In this document: positions 39,400-54,300 of the stretch, piece after piece
Layout: each line of letters starts with the position of its first letter
Numbering within the stretch: position 1 is the first letter of the stretch
Origin: Haplodiscus bocki
Lineage: Eukaryota
Direction of reading: 5' to 3'
Length of the DNA: 64,000 nucleotides
Assembly: GCA_965655095.1 (NCBI GenBank)
Contig: OZ296652.1
Location: 4,030,001-4,094,000 of the forward strand
The notes under the pieces: model-generated
Told to the model about the DNA's origin: nothing
The model's input: the letters and a program-made list of their open reading frames with translations, nothing else
The model's database searches: none
Translations under genes and position numbers: made by a program

Positions 39400-42300
39400 T
39401 GGACATAGATACTTTTTTCTTTTACAAAATCATCCAGGACAGTATAAACCTCTTTTAAAATCTCGAATTGGTTTTTGCGTCTCTCCAATTACAAAAAACC
39501 TTGGGTCATTCAACAACAAAAACGAGTTTGTTCACTCTTCCCAGAGACTATTGCGCACCTGACACGTACACGTGCTTTAAGCAAACTGATTGTTGCCTCT
39601 GCCGAGAATTTGAAAGACTTTTTCTGCGCGCAAAATTTCAGAGAACACATCTGTTTGGAGGGTGAACGTTTCCAAAAAGAGTGAAAAATGCTATGCTCTT
39701 GCCGATAATCTCGCTCCAATGTGCTACACGTCATAAGACTCTCAGATCTTTCACATACATTTGCAACTTGATATCGGTTCAGGTAGAAGTGGTGAATTCA
39801 GCGATGGTTTATGTTGACGATGTTTGTAAGTTCGAAATGATTAGCATGTAGCTCGATTTTTTGATGGAAAAGTCCCCAGAATTGTTGTTTCCAAAACGAA
39901 AAGTTGAAGGAATTTGTCTACTTGAATGCTAATTGATATCTTTATAGTAATGAGTAAAGAGGTTGTCTTTTGACTTTATAGATCCAATCTTAATTTTAGG
40001 TTAAGGCAATGGAACCCTAAAACACTTGCTTGCTTCATCAGAATATATGACATTAACCCGTAAAAAGACGATAAGGAAACTGAGATCTCTTCTGGAAAGA
40101 TTCACTGACTCTTGGAGGATAAAACTCTGCTGTGTCTTTAAACCGCAAGACGAAGAAAACGTGATTGCAAGAAACTTTTTCTTGGAACCTTTGCTAACAC
40201 ATAATATTCGATGCTGGGGCTGCGAAACGTGCAAAATGTTGTGGGAAAATTAACTGTCCACGTTACTTTCTTCCGTAAACTCCTTTGGTATTTCGTCGTA
40301 AAATGAACGTAGCTTGGAAAAACTGACACATTTTCATTTTGGCAGATATCAACTACTTTTAGTAATCAAAATTTGGAAAATTTTTCTGAGGTAGAGTAGC
40401 GGTGAAAGCGATGCAGATTGGTTGGGGAATTCAACTTTCAGCGTTGATAACTCTGGTACCGAATTTAATGCGAATGTTCGGACTTAGTTATGTCTTTTCC
40501 GATAATTAAATTTAAAAATTTGGTTTAGTGGCTAGAAAGCCCAGATCACGTGATGTATTTGTTGGTGAGTACTGTCATGCATGTCGTCGTACCAATACTT
40601 TTAACTCCCATACCACAATGGCTGTGCAAAGATCATTTTTTGTTTCATTTTATGGAAGTCTTCTGATTGCTAGTTGAGATGAAACTAAAGAAGATGAAGA
40701 AACGTAACTTTCTCAGACAAGTTGTCTTTTTGTCCGGGGAATTCGTTTCACTTGGGTTTATTCTCCAGAGAAACTGTCGCTTTATCGGGGGAATTCGTTC
40801 GGCTTGATTCGAATTATCAAACACACTGTCTGGGATAGTTAATTCACGTGATTCCTTCTTTCCGACCATCTGTCACCTTTCAGAGGCAACTCGTTCCACT
40901 TGAATTGGTTTCACAGAAAGGCTTTTTCATCCAAAGAATTAGTGTTTCAAATGTATATAGTAGGTTTTGGGATGAAAACAATTAATTGACATGTCCTCTT
41001 TTAGTTGGTTTTTTCTCCGGCGACTCGTAATTTCCTCCATGGTCTGTTCTTTATAAATTAAAAAAATTACGAAGTAACTCTTGCTATAAACTTCGCTGTT
41101 TTTCCTTTTGCCTTGCTGCAGTCAAATAGCTACAAAATTACCGTTTCTTTCAGAATATTTTTTTTTGCCCCTACCACTCAATTGCCTTTGCCCAATCGCT
41201 ACGAGAAGAATATGTGTGAAAAATGTGGTTTTCAAACTACAACGCGAAAACTTGGTCGTCACAGGAAGTGGACATAGACCCAATTTGTCTTCAACAAAAT
41301 CTTCCACGACAATTGAAAGCTCTAATAAAAGCTCGAATTGTTTTTTATGTGCACCAAATACGAAAATCCTTGGGTCTATCAATAACGAAAACGAATTTGC
41401 TTACTCTTCCCAGGGAATATTGCGCACCTGACGCGTGTATGTGCTTTGAGCAATCTGATAGTTGCTTCTGTCGAGAAGTTGAAAGACCTTTCCTGTTCGC
41501 AAATTTTCGGAGAACACATTTTGTTTGGACGGCGAACGTTTCCAAAAGGAGTTATAAATGCTATGCTCTTCCCGATAATCACGCTCCAATGTGATACACG
41601 TCATAAGTGATATCAAATCTTTCACATATGTTTGCAACGTGATATCGGTTCTGGTAGAAGTGGTGAATTCAGCGATGGTTTTTGTTGACAATTTCTTGTA
41701 AGTTTGAATTGATTAGCATGTAGCTCGATTTTTTGATGGAAAAACCCCAAGATTTGTTGTTTCCAAAACGTAATGTTCAAGGAATTTGTTTGCTTGAATG
41801 TTCAATGATATTTTTTTAGTAATATTTAAAGAGGTTGTCTTTTGACTTTAAAGATCCACTCCTATTTTTGGGTTAAAGCAATGGAACCTGTAAACACTTG
41901 CTTGCTTCATCAGAATATATGACATTAGCCCGTAAAAATACGATAAGGAAACTGAGATCTCTTCTGGAAAAATTCAATGACTCTTGGAGGATAAAACTCT
42001 GCTGTGTCTTTAAACCGCAAGACGAAGAAAACGTGATTGCAAGAAACTTTTTCTTGGAACCTTTGCTAACACATAATATTCGATGCTGGGGCTGCGAAAC
42101 GTGCAAAATGTTGTGGGAAAATTAACTGTCCACGTTACTTTCTTCCGTAAACTCCTTTGGTATTTCGTCGTAAAATGAACGTAGCTTGGAAAAACTGACA
42201 CAGTTTCATTTTGGCAGATATCAACTACTTTTAGTAATCAAAATTTGGAAACTTTTTGTGAGGTGGAGTAGTGGTGAGAGCGATGCAGATTGGTTGGGGA

Positions 42301-45300
42301 ATTCAACTTTCAGCGTTGACAACACTGGTACCGAATTTAATGCGAATGTTCGGACTTAGTTATGTCTTTTCGGATAATTAAACTTGAAACTGTGGTTTGG
42401 TGGCTAGAAAGCCCAGATCACGTGATGTATTTGTTGGTGAGTACTGTCATGCATGTCGTCGTACCAATGCTTTTAACTCCCATACCACAATGGCTGTGCA
42501 AAGATCATTTTTTCTTTCAATTTATGGAAGTCTTCTGAATGCTAGTTGAGATGAAACTAAAGAAGATAAAGAAACGTAACTTTCTCAGAAAAGTTGTCTT
42601 TTTGTCCGGGGAATTCGTTTCACTTGGGTTTATTCTCCAGAGAAACTGTCGCTTTATCGGGAGAACTCGTTCGGTTTGATTCAATTTATCAAACACGCTG
42701 TCTGGTATAGTTAATTCACGTGATTCCTTTGGTCCAACCATCTGTCACCTTTCAGAGTGAACTCGTTCCACTTGAATTGGTTTTACAGAAAGGCTTTTTC
42801 ATCCAAAGAATTAGTGTTTCAAATGTATATAGTAGGTTTTGGGATGAAAACAATTAATTGACTTGTCCCCTTTTAGTTGGTTGTTTCACCGGCGACTCGT
42901 AATTTCCTTCATGGTCTGTTCTTTATAAATTAAAATATTACGAAGTAACTCTTGCTATAAACCTCGCTGTTTTTCCTTTTGCCTTGCTGCAGTCAATTAG
43001 CTACAAAATTGCCGTTTCTCTCAGAATATTCTTTTTTGCCCCTACCACTCAATTGCTTTTGCCCAATCGCTATGAGAATAATATGTGTAAAAAATGTGGT
43101 TTCCAAACTACAACGCGAAAACTTGCTCGTCACAGGAAGTGGACATAGACCCAATTTGTCTTCAACAAAATCTTCCACGACAATTGAAATCTCTAATAAA
43201 ATCTCGAATTGTTTTTTATGTGCTCCAAATACGAAAATCCTTGGGTCTATCAACAACGAAAACTAATTTGCTTACTCTTCCCAGGGAATATTGCGCACCT
43301 GAAACGTATACGTGCTTTGAGCAAACTGATAGTTGCTTCTGTCGAGAAGTTGAAAGACCTTTTCTGCGCCCAAAATTTCAGAGAACACATTTTGTTCGGA
43401 CGGTGAACGTTTCCAAAAACAGTTGAAAAGGCTATGCTCTTGCCGATAATCACGCTGCATTGTGCTACACGTCATAGGTGCTATCAAATCTCTCACATAT
43501 GTTTGCCACGTGATATCGGTTCTGGTAGAAGTTTTGAATTCAGCGATGGTTTTTGTTGACGACTTCTGTAAGTTTGAATTGATTAGCATGTAGCTCATTT
43601 TCTGATGGAAAAATCCCAAGAGTTGTTGTTTCCAAAACGTAATGTTCAAGAAATTGTTTGCTTGAATGTTCAATGATATTTTTATAGTAATGAGTAAAGA
43701 TGTTATCTTTTGACTTCATAGATCCAATCCGATTTTTGGGTTACAGCAATGGAACCTGTAAACACTTGCTTGCTTCATCAATATATTTGCAATTATCACG
43801 CAAAATCTTGATGAAGAAACTGAGATTCTTTCTGGAAACACTCAATGACCCTTGGAGAAGAAAGCGCTGCTGTGTCTTCAAATTTCACAATAGGAAAAAG
43901 TTGACTGCTTGAAACTTTTCGTTGGAACGTTTGCTAACACAATTTATTCGATACTGGGACTGCAAAATGTCAAAAATGTTGTGGCAAAAGTAACTATCTA
44001 CGTTACTTTCGTCCGTAAACTCCGCTGGTCTTTCCTCGTAAAAAGAATGTAGCTTGGAAAAACTGACACATTTTCATTTTGACAGACATCAACTACTTTT
44101 AGTAATTAAAATTTAGAAAATTTTTGTGAGGTGGAGTAGCGGTGAAAGCGATGCAGATTGGTTGGGGATTTCAACTTTCAGCGTTGACAACACTGGTACC
44201 GAATTTAATGCGAATGTTCGGACTTAGTTATGTCTTTTCGGATAATTAAATTTGAAACTGTGGTTTAGTGGCTAGAAAGCCCAGATCACGTGATGTGTTT
44301 GTTGGTGAGTACTGTCACGCATGTCGTCGTACCAATACTTTTAACTCCCATACCACAATGGCTGTGCAAAGATCATTTTTTTTCTTTCATTTTATGGAAG
44401 TCTTCTGATTGCTAGTTGAGATGAAACTAAAGAAGATAAAGAAACGTAACTTTCTCAGACAAGTTGTCTTTTTGTCCGGGGAATTCGTTTCACTTGGGTT
44501 TATTCTCCAGAGAAACTGTCGCTTTATCGGGGGAATTCGTTCGACTTGATTCGAATTATCAAACACACTGTCTTTGATAGTTAATTCACGTGATTCCTTC
44601 TTTCCGACCATCTGTCACCTTTCAGAGGGAACTCGTTCCACTTGAATTGGTTTTACGGAAAGGCTTTTTTATCCAAAGAATTAGTGTTTCAAGTGTATAT
44701 AGTTGGTTTTAGGATGAAAACAATTAATTGACATGTCCTCTTTTAGTTGGTTTTTTCTCCGGCGACTCGTAATTTCCTCCATGGTCTGTTCTTTATAAAT
44801 TAAAAAAATTACGAAGTAACTCTTGCTATAAACCTCGCTGTTTTTCTTTTTGCCTTGCTGCAGTCAAATAGCTACAAAATTACCGTTTCTTTCAGAATAT
44901 TCTTTTTTGCCCCTACCACTCAATTGCCTTTGCCCAATCGCTACGAGAAGAAAATGTGTGAAAAATGTGGTTTTCAAACTACAACGCGAAAACTTGGTCG
45001 TCACAGGAAGTGGACATAGACCCAATTTGTCTTCAACAAAATCTTCCACGACAATTGAAAGCTCTAATAAAAGCTCGAATTGTTTTTTATGTGCACCAAA
45101 TACGAAAATCCTTGGGTCTATCAACAACGAAAACTAATTTGCTTACTCTTCCCAGGGAATATTGCGCACCTGACGCGTGTATGTGCTTTGAGCAATCTGA
45201 TAGTTGCTTCTGTCGAGAAGTTGAAAGACCTTTCCTGTTCGCAAATTTTCGGAGAACACATTTTGTTTGGACGGCGAACGTTTCCAAAAGGAGTTATAAA

Positions 45301-48300
45301 TGCTATGCTCTTCCCGATAATCACGCTCCAATGTGATACACGTCATAAGTGATATCAAATCTTTCACATATGTTTGCAACGTGATATCGGTTCTGGTAGA
45401 AGTGGTGAATTCAGCGATGGTTTTTGTTGACAATTTCTGTAAGTTTGAATTGATTAGCATGTAGCTCTTTTTTTTTGATGGAAAAACCCCAAGTTTTGTT
45501 GTTTCCAAAACGTAATGTTCAAGGAATTTGTTTGTTTGAATGTTCAATGATATTTTTTTAGTAATGTTTAAAGAGTTTGTCTTTTGACTTTAAAGATCCA
45601 CTCCTATTTTTGGGTTAAAGCAATGGAACCTGTAAACACTTGCTTGCTTCATCAATATATTTGCAATTATCACGCAAAATCTTGATGAAGAAACTGAGAT
45701 TCTTTCTGGAAACACTCAATGACCCTTGGAGAAGAAAGCGCTGCTGTGTCTTCAAATTTCACAATAGGAAAAACTTGACTGCTTGAAACTTTTCGTTGGA
45801 ACGTTTGCTAACACAATTTATTCGATACTGGGACTGCAAAATGTCAAAAATGTTGTGGCAAAAGTAACTATCTACGTTACTTTCGTCCGTAAACTCCGCT
45901 GGTCTTTCCTCGTAAAATGAATGTAGCTTGGAAAAGCTGAAACATTTTCATTTTGACAGCTATCAACTACTTTTAGTAATTAAAATTTGCAAAAATATTT
46001 CTGAGGTGGCGTAGCGGTCAAAACGATGCAGATTGGTGAAGGAATTCAATTTTCAACAAATAGAACACTGGTACTGAGTTTAATGCGATTGGTCTGACTT
46101 AGTGTCGCTTTTTGGATAAATTATTTTGAAACTGTGGTTTACTGGTTAGAAAGCTCAGATCACGTGATGTATTTGCTCGTGAGTACTGTCATGCATGTCG
46201 TCGTACCAAGACTTTTAGCGCCTATATCACAATGGCTGTGCAAAGATCATTTTTTTCATTTTTTGGAAGTGTTTTAATTGACAGTTGAGATGAAGCTAAA
46301 GAACATAAACAAACTTAACTTTCTCAGTCAAGTTGTCTCCTTGTCAGGGGATTTCGTTTCACTTGAATTTATTCTCCATAGAAAATGTCGCTTTATCGGG
46401 GGAATTCGTTCGGCTTGACTCAATTTGTCGGACACGCTGACTGGGATAGATGATTCACGTGATTCCTTTTTTCAGACCGTCTGTCACCATTCAAAGGGAT
46501 TTCGTTCCACTTGAATTGGTTTTACAGAGAGTTTTTTTATCCAAAAAAATTGTTTTTCAATTGTTTATAGTTGGTTTAAAAAAAACTAATTGACTAGTCC
46601 TCCTATAAACGGTCTTTTCTCTAGCAATCCGTAATTTCTTTCATGGTCTTTTCTTTATAAACTAATAAAATTACGAAGTGACTCTTGCTATATATCTCGC
46701 TGTTTTTTCTTTTGCCCTGCTGCAGTTAGTTTGCTAAAAAAATTACCGTTTCTTTCAGATTTTGCTTTTTTGCTCCTACCACTCAATTGCCTTTGCCCAA
46801 TCGCTACGAGAATAATATGTGTGAAAATGTGGTTTCCAAACTACAACGCGAAAACTTGCTCGTCACAGGAAGTGGACATAGACTCTTTTGTCTCTAACAA
46901 AACCTTCCAGGATAGTAGAAATCTCTATTAAAATCTCGAATTGGTTTTTCTGTCTCCCCAAAGACGGAAGTCTTTAGGTGACTCAACAATGAAATTGAAA
47001 TTGTTTACTTTTCCCAGGGAAATTTGCGCGGCTGACACGTATACGTGCTTTGAGCAAACTGATAGTTGCTTGTGCCGACAAGTTGAAAGACCTTTAATGC
47101 GCGCAAAACATCAGAAAACACATTTTGTTAGGACAGTGAACGTTCCCAGAAATTTTAAACGTGCTATACTCTAGCCGATAATCACCCTTGAATGTGCTAC
47201 ACGTCATTAGTATTCTCAAATCATTCACATATAATTGCAACGTGATATCAGATCTGGTAGAAGTGGAGAATTAAGCAAAGAATATAGTTGGCGAGTTCCC
47301 TAAGTTCGAACTGATTGACATGTAGCTCATTTTTTGATGAAAAAATCCCAAATTTTGTTGTTTCCAAATTGAAAAGTTTGAGCAATTTGTTTATCTGAAA
47401 TTTCAATGATATCTCTATTGTAATGAGTAAAGAGATTGTCTTTTGACTTTACAGATCCAATCCTAATTTTGGTTTGAGGCAATGGAACCTGTAAACACTT
47501 GCTTGCTTCATCAATGTATTAGATGTTACCCCGCAGAATAACAATAAAATAACTGAGATCTTTTCTGGAAAGACTCATTGAGTCTTGGAAGACAAAACGC
47601 TGCTGTGTTTTCAAATTGCAAGATGAGAGAAACTAGATTGCTTGAAATTTTGTGTTGGCATCTTCACTAACACATATGATTCGACGCAGGGACTGCAAAA
47701 TGTCGAAAAGGATGTGGTAAAATTAACTGTCTACGTTACTTTTGTCCGTAAACTCCGCTGGTCTTGCATCGTAAAATGAATTTAGCTTAGAAAAACTGAG
47801 AAAAATTCAATTTGACAGACCTCAACTACTTATAGTCCTAAAAAATTGACAACTTAATTGCGATGTGGAGTAGCGGTGAAAGCGATGCAGATTGGTTAAA
47901 GAATTCAATTTTCAGCGATGACAAAACTGGTGCCCAACCTAATGCGATTGGTCAGACTTAGTTACGTCTTTTAGGAAAACTAAATTTGAAACTGTGGTTT
48001 AGTGGCTAGAAAGCCCAGATCACGTGATGTGTTTGTTGGTGAGTACTGTCACGCATGTCGTCGTACCAATACTTTTAACTCCCATACCACAATGGCTGTG
48101 CAAAGATCATTTTTTTTCTTTCATTTAATGGAAGTCTTCTGATTGCTAGTTGAGATGAAACTAAAGAAGATAAAGAAACGTAACTTTCTCAGACAAGTTG
48201 TCTTTTTGTCCGGGGAATTCGTTTCACTTGGGTTTATTCTCCAGAGAAACTGTCGCTTTATCGGGGGAATTCGTTCGGCTTGATTCGAATTATCAAACAC

Positions 48301-51300
48301 ACTGTCTTTGATAGTTAATTCACGTGATTCCTTCTTTCCGACCATCTGTCACCTTTCAGAGGGAACTCGTTCCACTTGAATTGGTTTTACGGAAAGGCTT
48401 TTTTATCCAAAAAATTAGTGTTTCAAGTGTATATAGTTGGTTTTAGGATGAAAACAATTAATTGACATGTCCCCTTTTAGTTGGTTTTTTCTCCGGCGAC
48501 TCGTAATTTCCTCCATGGTCTGTTCTTTATAAATTAAAAAAATTACGAAGTAACTCTTGCTATAAACCTCGCTGTTTTTCCTTTTGCCTTGCTGCAGTCA
48601 ATTTGCTACGAAATTAACGTTCTTTCAGAATATTCTGTTTTGCTCCTACCACTCAATTGGCTTGGCCCAATCGGAACGAGAATATTACGTGTGAAACATG
48701 TGTTTTCTAAGCTTCAAGGCGAAAATTTGCTCGTCACAGAAAGTGGACATAGGTACATTTTGTCTTCAACAAAATCTTCCAGGCCAAAAGAAACCTCTAT
48801 TGAAATTTTGAATTGGTTTTTGTGTCTCTCCAAATACGAAACTCTTTGGGCCACACAACAAGGAAAACGATTTTGTTTACTCTACCCCGGGATAATTGCG
48901 CACCTGAAACCTATGTGTGCTTTGAGCAAACTGATAGTTGCTTCTGCCGAAAAGTTGAAAGATCTTTTCTTTGCGGAAAACTTGAGAAAACACACTTTGT
49001 TCAAACAGAGAATTTTTCCAAAATTTTTAAAAAAGCTATACTCTAGCCGATAATTACGCTTGAATGTGCTACACGTCACAAGTACTCCAACTTCTTTCAC
49101 AAATGTTTCCAACGTGACATCAGTTCAGGTAGAAGTGGTGAATTGAGTGATGCATATGGTTGACGATGAACGTAAATTCGACGTGATTAGCTTGTAGCTC
49201 ATTTCTTTGATGGAAAAATCCCATGAGTTGTCGTTTCCAAAACAAAATTTTCAAGGAATTTGTTTGTTTGAATGTTCAATGATATCTATGTAGTAATAAG
49301 TAAAGAGGTTGTCTTTTGACTTTATAGATCCAGTCCTAATTTTGGGTTAAGTCAATGGAACCTGTAAACATTTGCTGGCATCATCATTATTTTTGGTTTT
49401 ATCCCACAATATGTTGATAAACGAACTGAGATCTGTTCCGGAAACACTCATTGACTCTTGGAGGATAAGGCCCCGCTGTGTACTCAAATCGCAAGATGGG
49501 AAAAACTTGATTGCAGGAAACTTTTTTGGAACCTTTGCTAACACCTATTCGTTGATGCTGGGACTGCAAAATTTCGAATTTTTGTGGTAAGCTTAACTAT
49601 CTACGTTACTTTTGTCCGTAAGATCCTCTGGTATTTCATCGTAAAATGAATTTAGCTTGGAACAACTGAGAAATTTTCATTTTGACAGACATCATTAACT
49701 TCTAGTCCTCAAAATTTGCAAATTTAATTGCGAGGTGGATTAGCGTTGTAAGCGATGCAGATTGGTTAGGGAATTCAATTTTCAGCGATCACAACACTGG
49801 TACTGAACTTAATGCGATTGGTCGGACTTATTGACATCTTTTCGGATAATTAAATTTGAAACTGTGGTTTAATGGTTAGCAAACTCAGATCACGTGAGGT
49901 CTTTGTTGGCGAGTACTGTCATGCATGTCGTCGTACCAATACTTCTAGCTCCCATACCAAAATGGCTGTGCAAAGATCATTTTTTCTTTCATTTTACGGA
50001 AGTGTTCCAATTGACAGTTGAGATGAAACTAAAGAAGATGAAGAAACCTAACTTTCTCAGACAAGTTGTCTCATTGTCAGCGGAATTCGTGCCAATTGAT
50101 ATTATTCTCCAGACAAACTGTCGCTTTATCGGGGGAAATCGTTCGGCTTGATTCAATTTATCAGACACGCTGTCTGGGATAGTTAGTTCGTGTGATTCCT
50201 TTTTTCAGACCGCCTGTCACCATTCATTGGAAAATTGTTCCACTTGATTTGGTTTTACAGAAAGGCTTCTTCATCCAAGTAATTGGTATTCTATTTGTAT
50301 ATAGTTGGTTTTAAGATGAAGATGTTATTTGACAAGTCCTTTTGTAGTTGGTTTTTTCTCTGGCGGTTCGTAAAATCTTTCATGGTTTTTCGTTACAAGA
50401 TAAAAAAAATACGAAGTAGCTTTTGCTATAAATCTCGTTATTTATGCTTTTGCATTGCTGCAGTCAATTTGCTACGAAAATAACATTCTTTCAGAATATT
50501 CTGTTTTGCTCCTACCACTCAATTGGCTTGGTCCAATCGGATCGAGAAAATTACGTGTGAAACATGTGTTTTCCAAACATCAAAGCAAAAATTTGCTCGT
50601 CACAGGAAGTGGACATAGACACATTTTGTCTTCAACAAAACCTTCCAGTCCAAAAGAACCTTTTATTAAAAGCTCGAATTGGTTTTTTTGTCTCTCCAAA
50701 TACGAAACTTTTTGGGCCACACAACAAGGAAAACGTTTTTGTTTACTCCAACCAGGGGTAATTGCGCACCTGACACCTATATGTGCTTTGAGCAAACTGA
50801 TAGTTGCTTCTGCCGAAAAGTTGAAAGATCTTTTCTTTGCCCAAAACTTGAGAAAACACACTTTGTTCGAACAGAGAAATTTTCCAGAATTTTTAAATAA
50901 GCTTTACTCTAGCCGATAATTACGCTTGAATGTGCTACACGTCATAAGTACTCTCAAATCTTTCACATATGTTTGCAACGTGATATCAGTTCAGGCAGAA
51001 CTGGTGAATTGAGTGACGAAAATGGTTGACGATGTCTGTAAATTCGAACTGACTAGCATGTAGCTCATTCCTTTAACTGAAAAGTCCAAAGATTTGTTCC
51101 CTTTCCAAACAAAAAAATTAAAGAAATTGTTTGTTTGAATGTTCAATGATATCTATGTAGTAATAAGTAAAGAGGTTGTCTTTTGACTTTATAGATCCAG
51201 TCCTAATTTTGGGTTAAAGCAATGGAACCTGTATACACTTGCTTCCTTCATCAATATATATGATATTATCCGGCAAAGAAATGATAGGTAAACTGAGATC

Positions 51301-54300
51301 TCTTCTGGAAAGATTCGCTGACTCTTGGAGGATAAAACGCTGCTGTGTCTTCAAACCGCAAGATGAGAAAAACTTGATTGCAAGAATTTTTTTGTTGGAA
51401 CCTTTGATAACACGTTTTATGCGATGCTGGGACTGCAGAATGTGGAAAATGTTGTGGTAAAAAAAACTATCTACGTTACTTTCGTCCGTAAACTCCTTTG
51501 GTATTTCATCGTAAAATGAATGTCGCTTGGAAAAACTGACACATCTTCTTTTTGACAGACATCAACTATTTTTAGTCATTAAATTCTGCAAACTTTTTTG
51601 TGAGGTGGAGTAGCGGTGAAAGCGATGCAGATTGGTTGAAGATTTCAGCTTTCACCGTTGACAACACTGGTACCGGAATTATTGCGATTGTTCGGACTTA
51701 GTTATGTCTTTTCGGATGATTAAATTTGAAACTGTGCTTTAGTGGCTAGAGAGCTCAGATCACGTGATGTATTTGTTGGTGAGTACTGTCATGCATGTCG
51801 TCGTACCAAGATTTTCAGCTCCCATATCACAATGGCTGTGCGAAGATTTTTTTTCATTTTTTGGAAGTGTTCTGATTGACATTTGAGATGAAACTGAAGA
51901 ACATAAAGAAACTTAACTTTCTCAGACAAGTTGTCTTTTTGTCAGGGGAATTCGTTTCACTTGAGTTTTTTCTCCAGAGAAACTGTCGCTTTATCGGGGG
52001 AATTCGTTCGGCTTCATTCAATTAATCGGACACGCTGTCTCGGAGAGATAATTCACGTGATTCCTTTTTTCAAACCGTCTGTCACCATTCAAAGCGACTT
52101 TGTTCAACTTGAATTGGTTTTACAGAGAGGCTTTTTTATCCAAAAGTTTAGTACTTCAATTGTGTCTAGTTGGTTTGAAGACGAAAAAGTTAATTGACAA
52201 GTCCTCTTTTAGTTGGTCTTTTCTCTGGTGGCTCGTAATTTATTTCATGGTCTTTTCTTTATAAGTAAACAAAAGTTACGAAGTAACTCCTGCTGTAAAT
52301 CTCGTCGTTTTCTCTTTTGCCTTACTGCAGTCAATTTGCTAAAAAATTACCGTTTCTTTCAGAATGTTCTTTTTTGCTCCTACCACTCAATTGCCTTGGC
52401 CCATTCGCAATAAGAATCTTACGCCTGAAAAATGTGGTTTCCAAACTACAACGCGAAACTTGCTAATCACAAGAAGTGGACATACACACATTTTGTCTTC
52501 CACAAAAAACTTCCAGGACAGGGGAAACCTCTTTTAATATCTGGAATTGGTTTTTGTGTCGCTCCAAATACGAAAGTCTTTGGGGCACTTAACAACAAAA
52601 ACGAGTTTGTTTACTGTTCACGGGGAACATTGCGCACCTGACACGTATACGTGCTCTGAGCAAACTGACAGTTGTTTCTGCCGAGAATTTGAAAGACCTT
52701 CTCTGTGCGCATGATTTCAAGGAACACATTTTGTTCGGACAATGAACCTTTCCAAAAATTTTATAATTGCTATGATTTTGCCGATAATCGCGCTTGAATG
52801 TGCTACATGTCATAAGTGCTCTCAAATTTTTCACATATGTTTGCATCTTGATATCGGTTCTGGTAGAAGTGGTGAATGCAGCGATGGTTTTGCTTGACAA
52901 TTTCTGTAAGCTTGAATTGATTAGCATGTATCTCATATTTTTCATGGGAAAGTCCCAAGATTTGTTGTTTCCGAAACGAAAAGTTTGAGGAATTTGTTTC
53001 TTTGAATGTTGAATGATATCTATTGAATAATAAGGAAAGATGTTTTTCTTTGATTTTATAGATCCAAACGAGAGTTTGGGTTGCAGCAAAGGATCTTGTA
53101 AGCACTTGCTTCTTTCATCAATATATTTCATATTATCCGGCAAAATATCAACACAATAACAGATCTCGTCTGGAAAGTCTCACTGGCTCTTGGAGGATAA
53201 AAAGCAGTTGTGTCTTCAAACCGCAAGATGAGAAAAATTTGATTGCAGGAAATTTTTTGTTGCAACTTTTGCTAACACATATTGTTCGATGCTGGGACTG
53301 CAGAATGTGGAAAATATTGTGGTAAAATTAACTATCTACTATACTTTCGTCCGTAAACTCCTTTGCTATTTCATCGTAAAATGATATTAGGTTGGAAAAA
53401 CTGAGAAATCTTCATTTTGACAGACATCAACTACTTTTAGTCATTAGAATTTGCAACTTTATTTGTGAGTTGCATCAGCGTTGAAAGCGATGTAGATTGG
53501 TTAAGGAATTGAAATTTCAGCGTTGACAACACTGGTATCGAATCTAATGCGATTGGTCGGACTTAGTTATGTCTTTTCGGATAATTAAGTTTGAAACTGT
53601 GGTCTAGTGGTTAGAAAGCTCAGATCACGTGATGTAATTGTTGGTTAGTACTGTCATGCATGTCGTCGTACGAATACTTTTATTTCCCATACCACAATGG
53701 CTGTGCAAAGACCATTTTTTTCTTTCATTTTACGGAAGTCTTCTGATTGTTAGTTGATTGCCAGTTGAGGTGAATCTAAAGAAGTTAAAGAGAATCAACT
53801 TCTTCAGACAAGTTGTCTCCTCGTCGGAGGAATTCGTTTCAATTGAGTATTATCTCCAGACAACCTGTCGGATTATCGAGGGATTTCTTTCTGCCTGATT
53901 CATTTTATCAGAGACGCTGTATTGGTTTGTTAATCCAGTTGATTCCTTTTAATAGACCGTCTGCTACCATGGAAGGTGAACTTGTTCCACTTGAATTGCC
54001 TTGACAGAAAAGATGTTTTTCCTTTTAAATTTTTTTTTAAAACGTATATAGTCGGTATTTAAGATCAAAGAATTCAATTGACAAATCCTCTTATGGTTGG
54101 TGTTTCCTCTAGTTGTTCGTGATTCCTTTTATGGTCTTTCCTTTTATGTTGAAAAAATTAACAAGTAACTCTTGCTACATAAACTTGCCATTTTTGTTTC
54201 TGTATTGCTGCAGTCAAACTGCTACAAAATTAACGTTCCATTCAGATCTTTCAGTTTTGCTCCTGTCAATCAATTGTTTTCGCTCAATCGGAACCAGAAA

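Noticed and set aside
13640-54000. The many recurring 60-200 aa ORFs as a functional tandem gene family (e.g. zinc-finger genes)
   Set aside because: Frames break at different positions in different units, many begin at non-ATG codons, and they are fragments or antisense readings of decayed viral genes. The CxxC motif is the truncated polB N-terminus.
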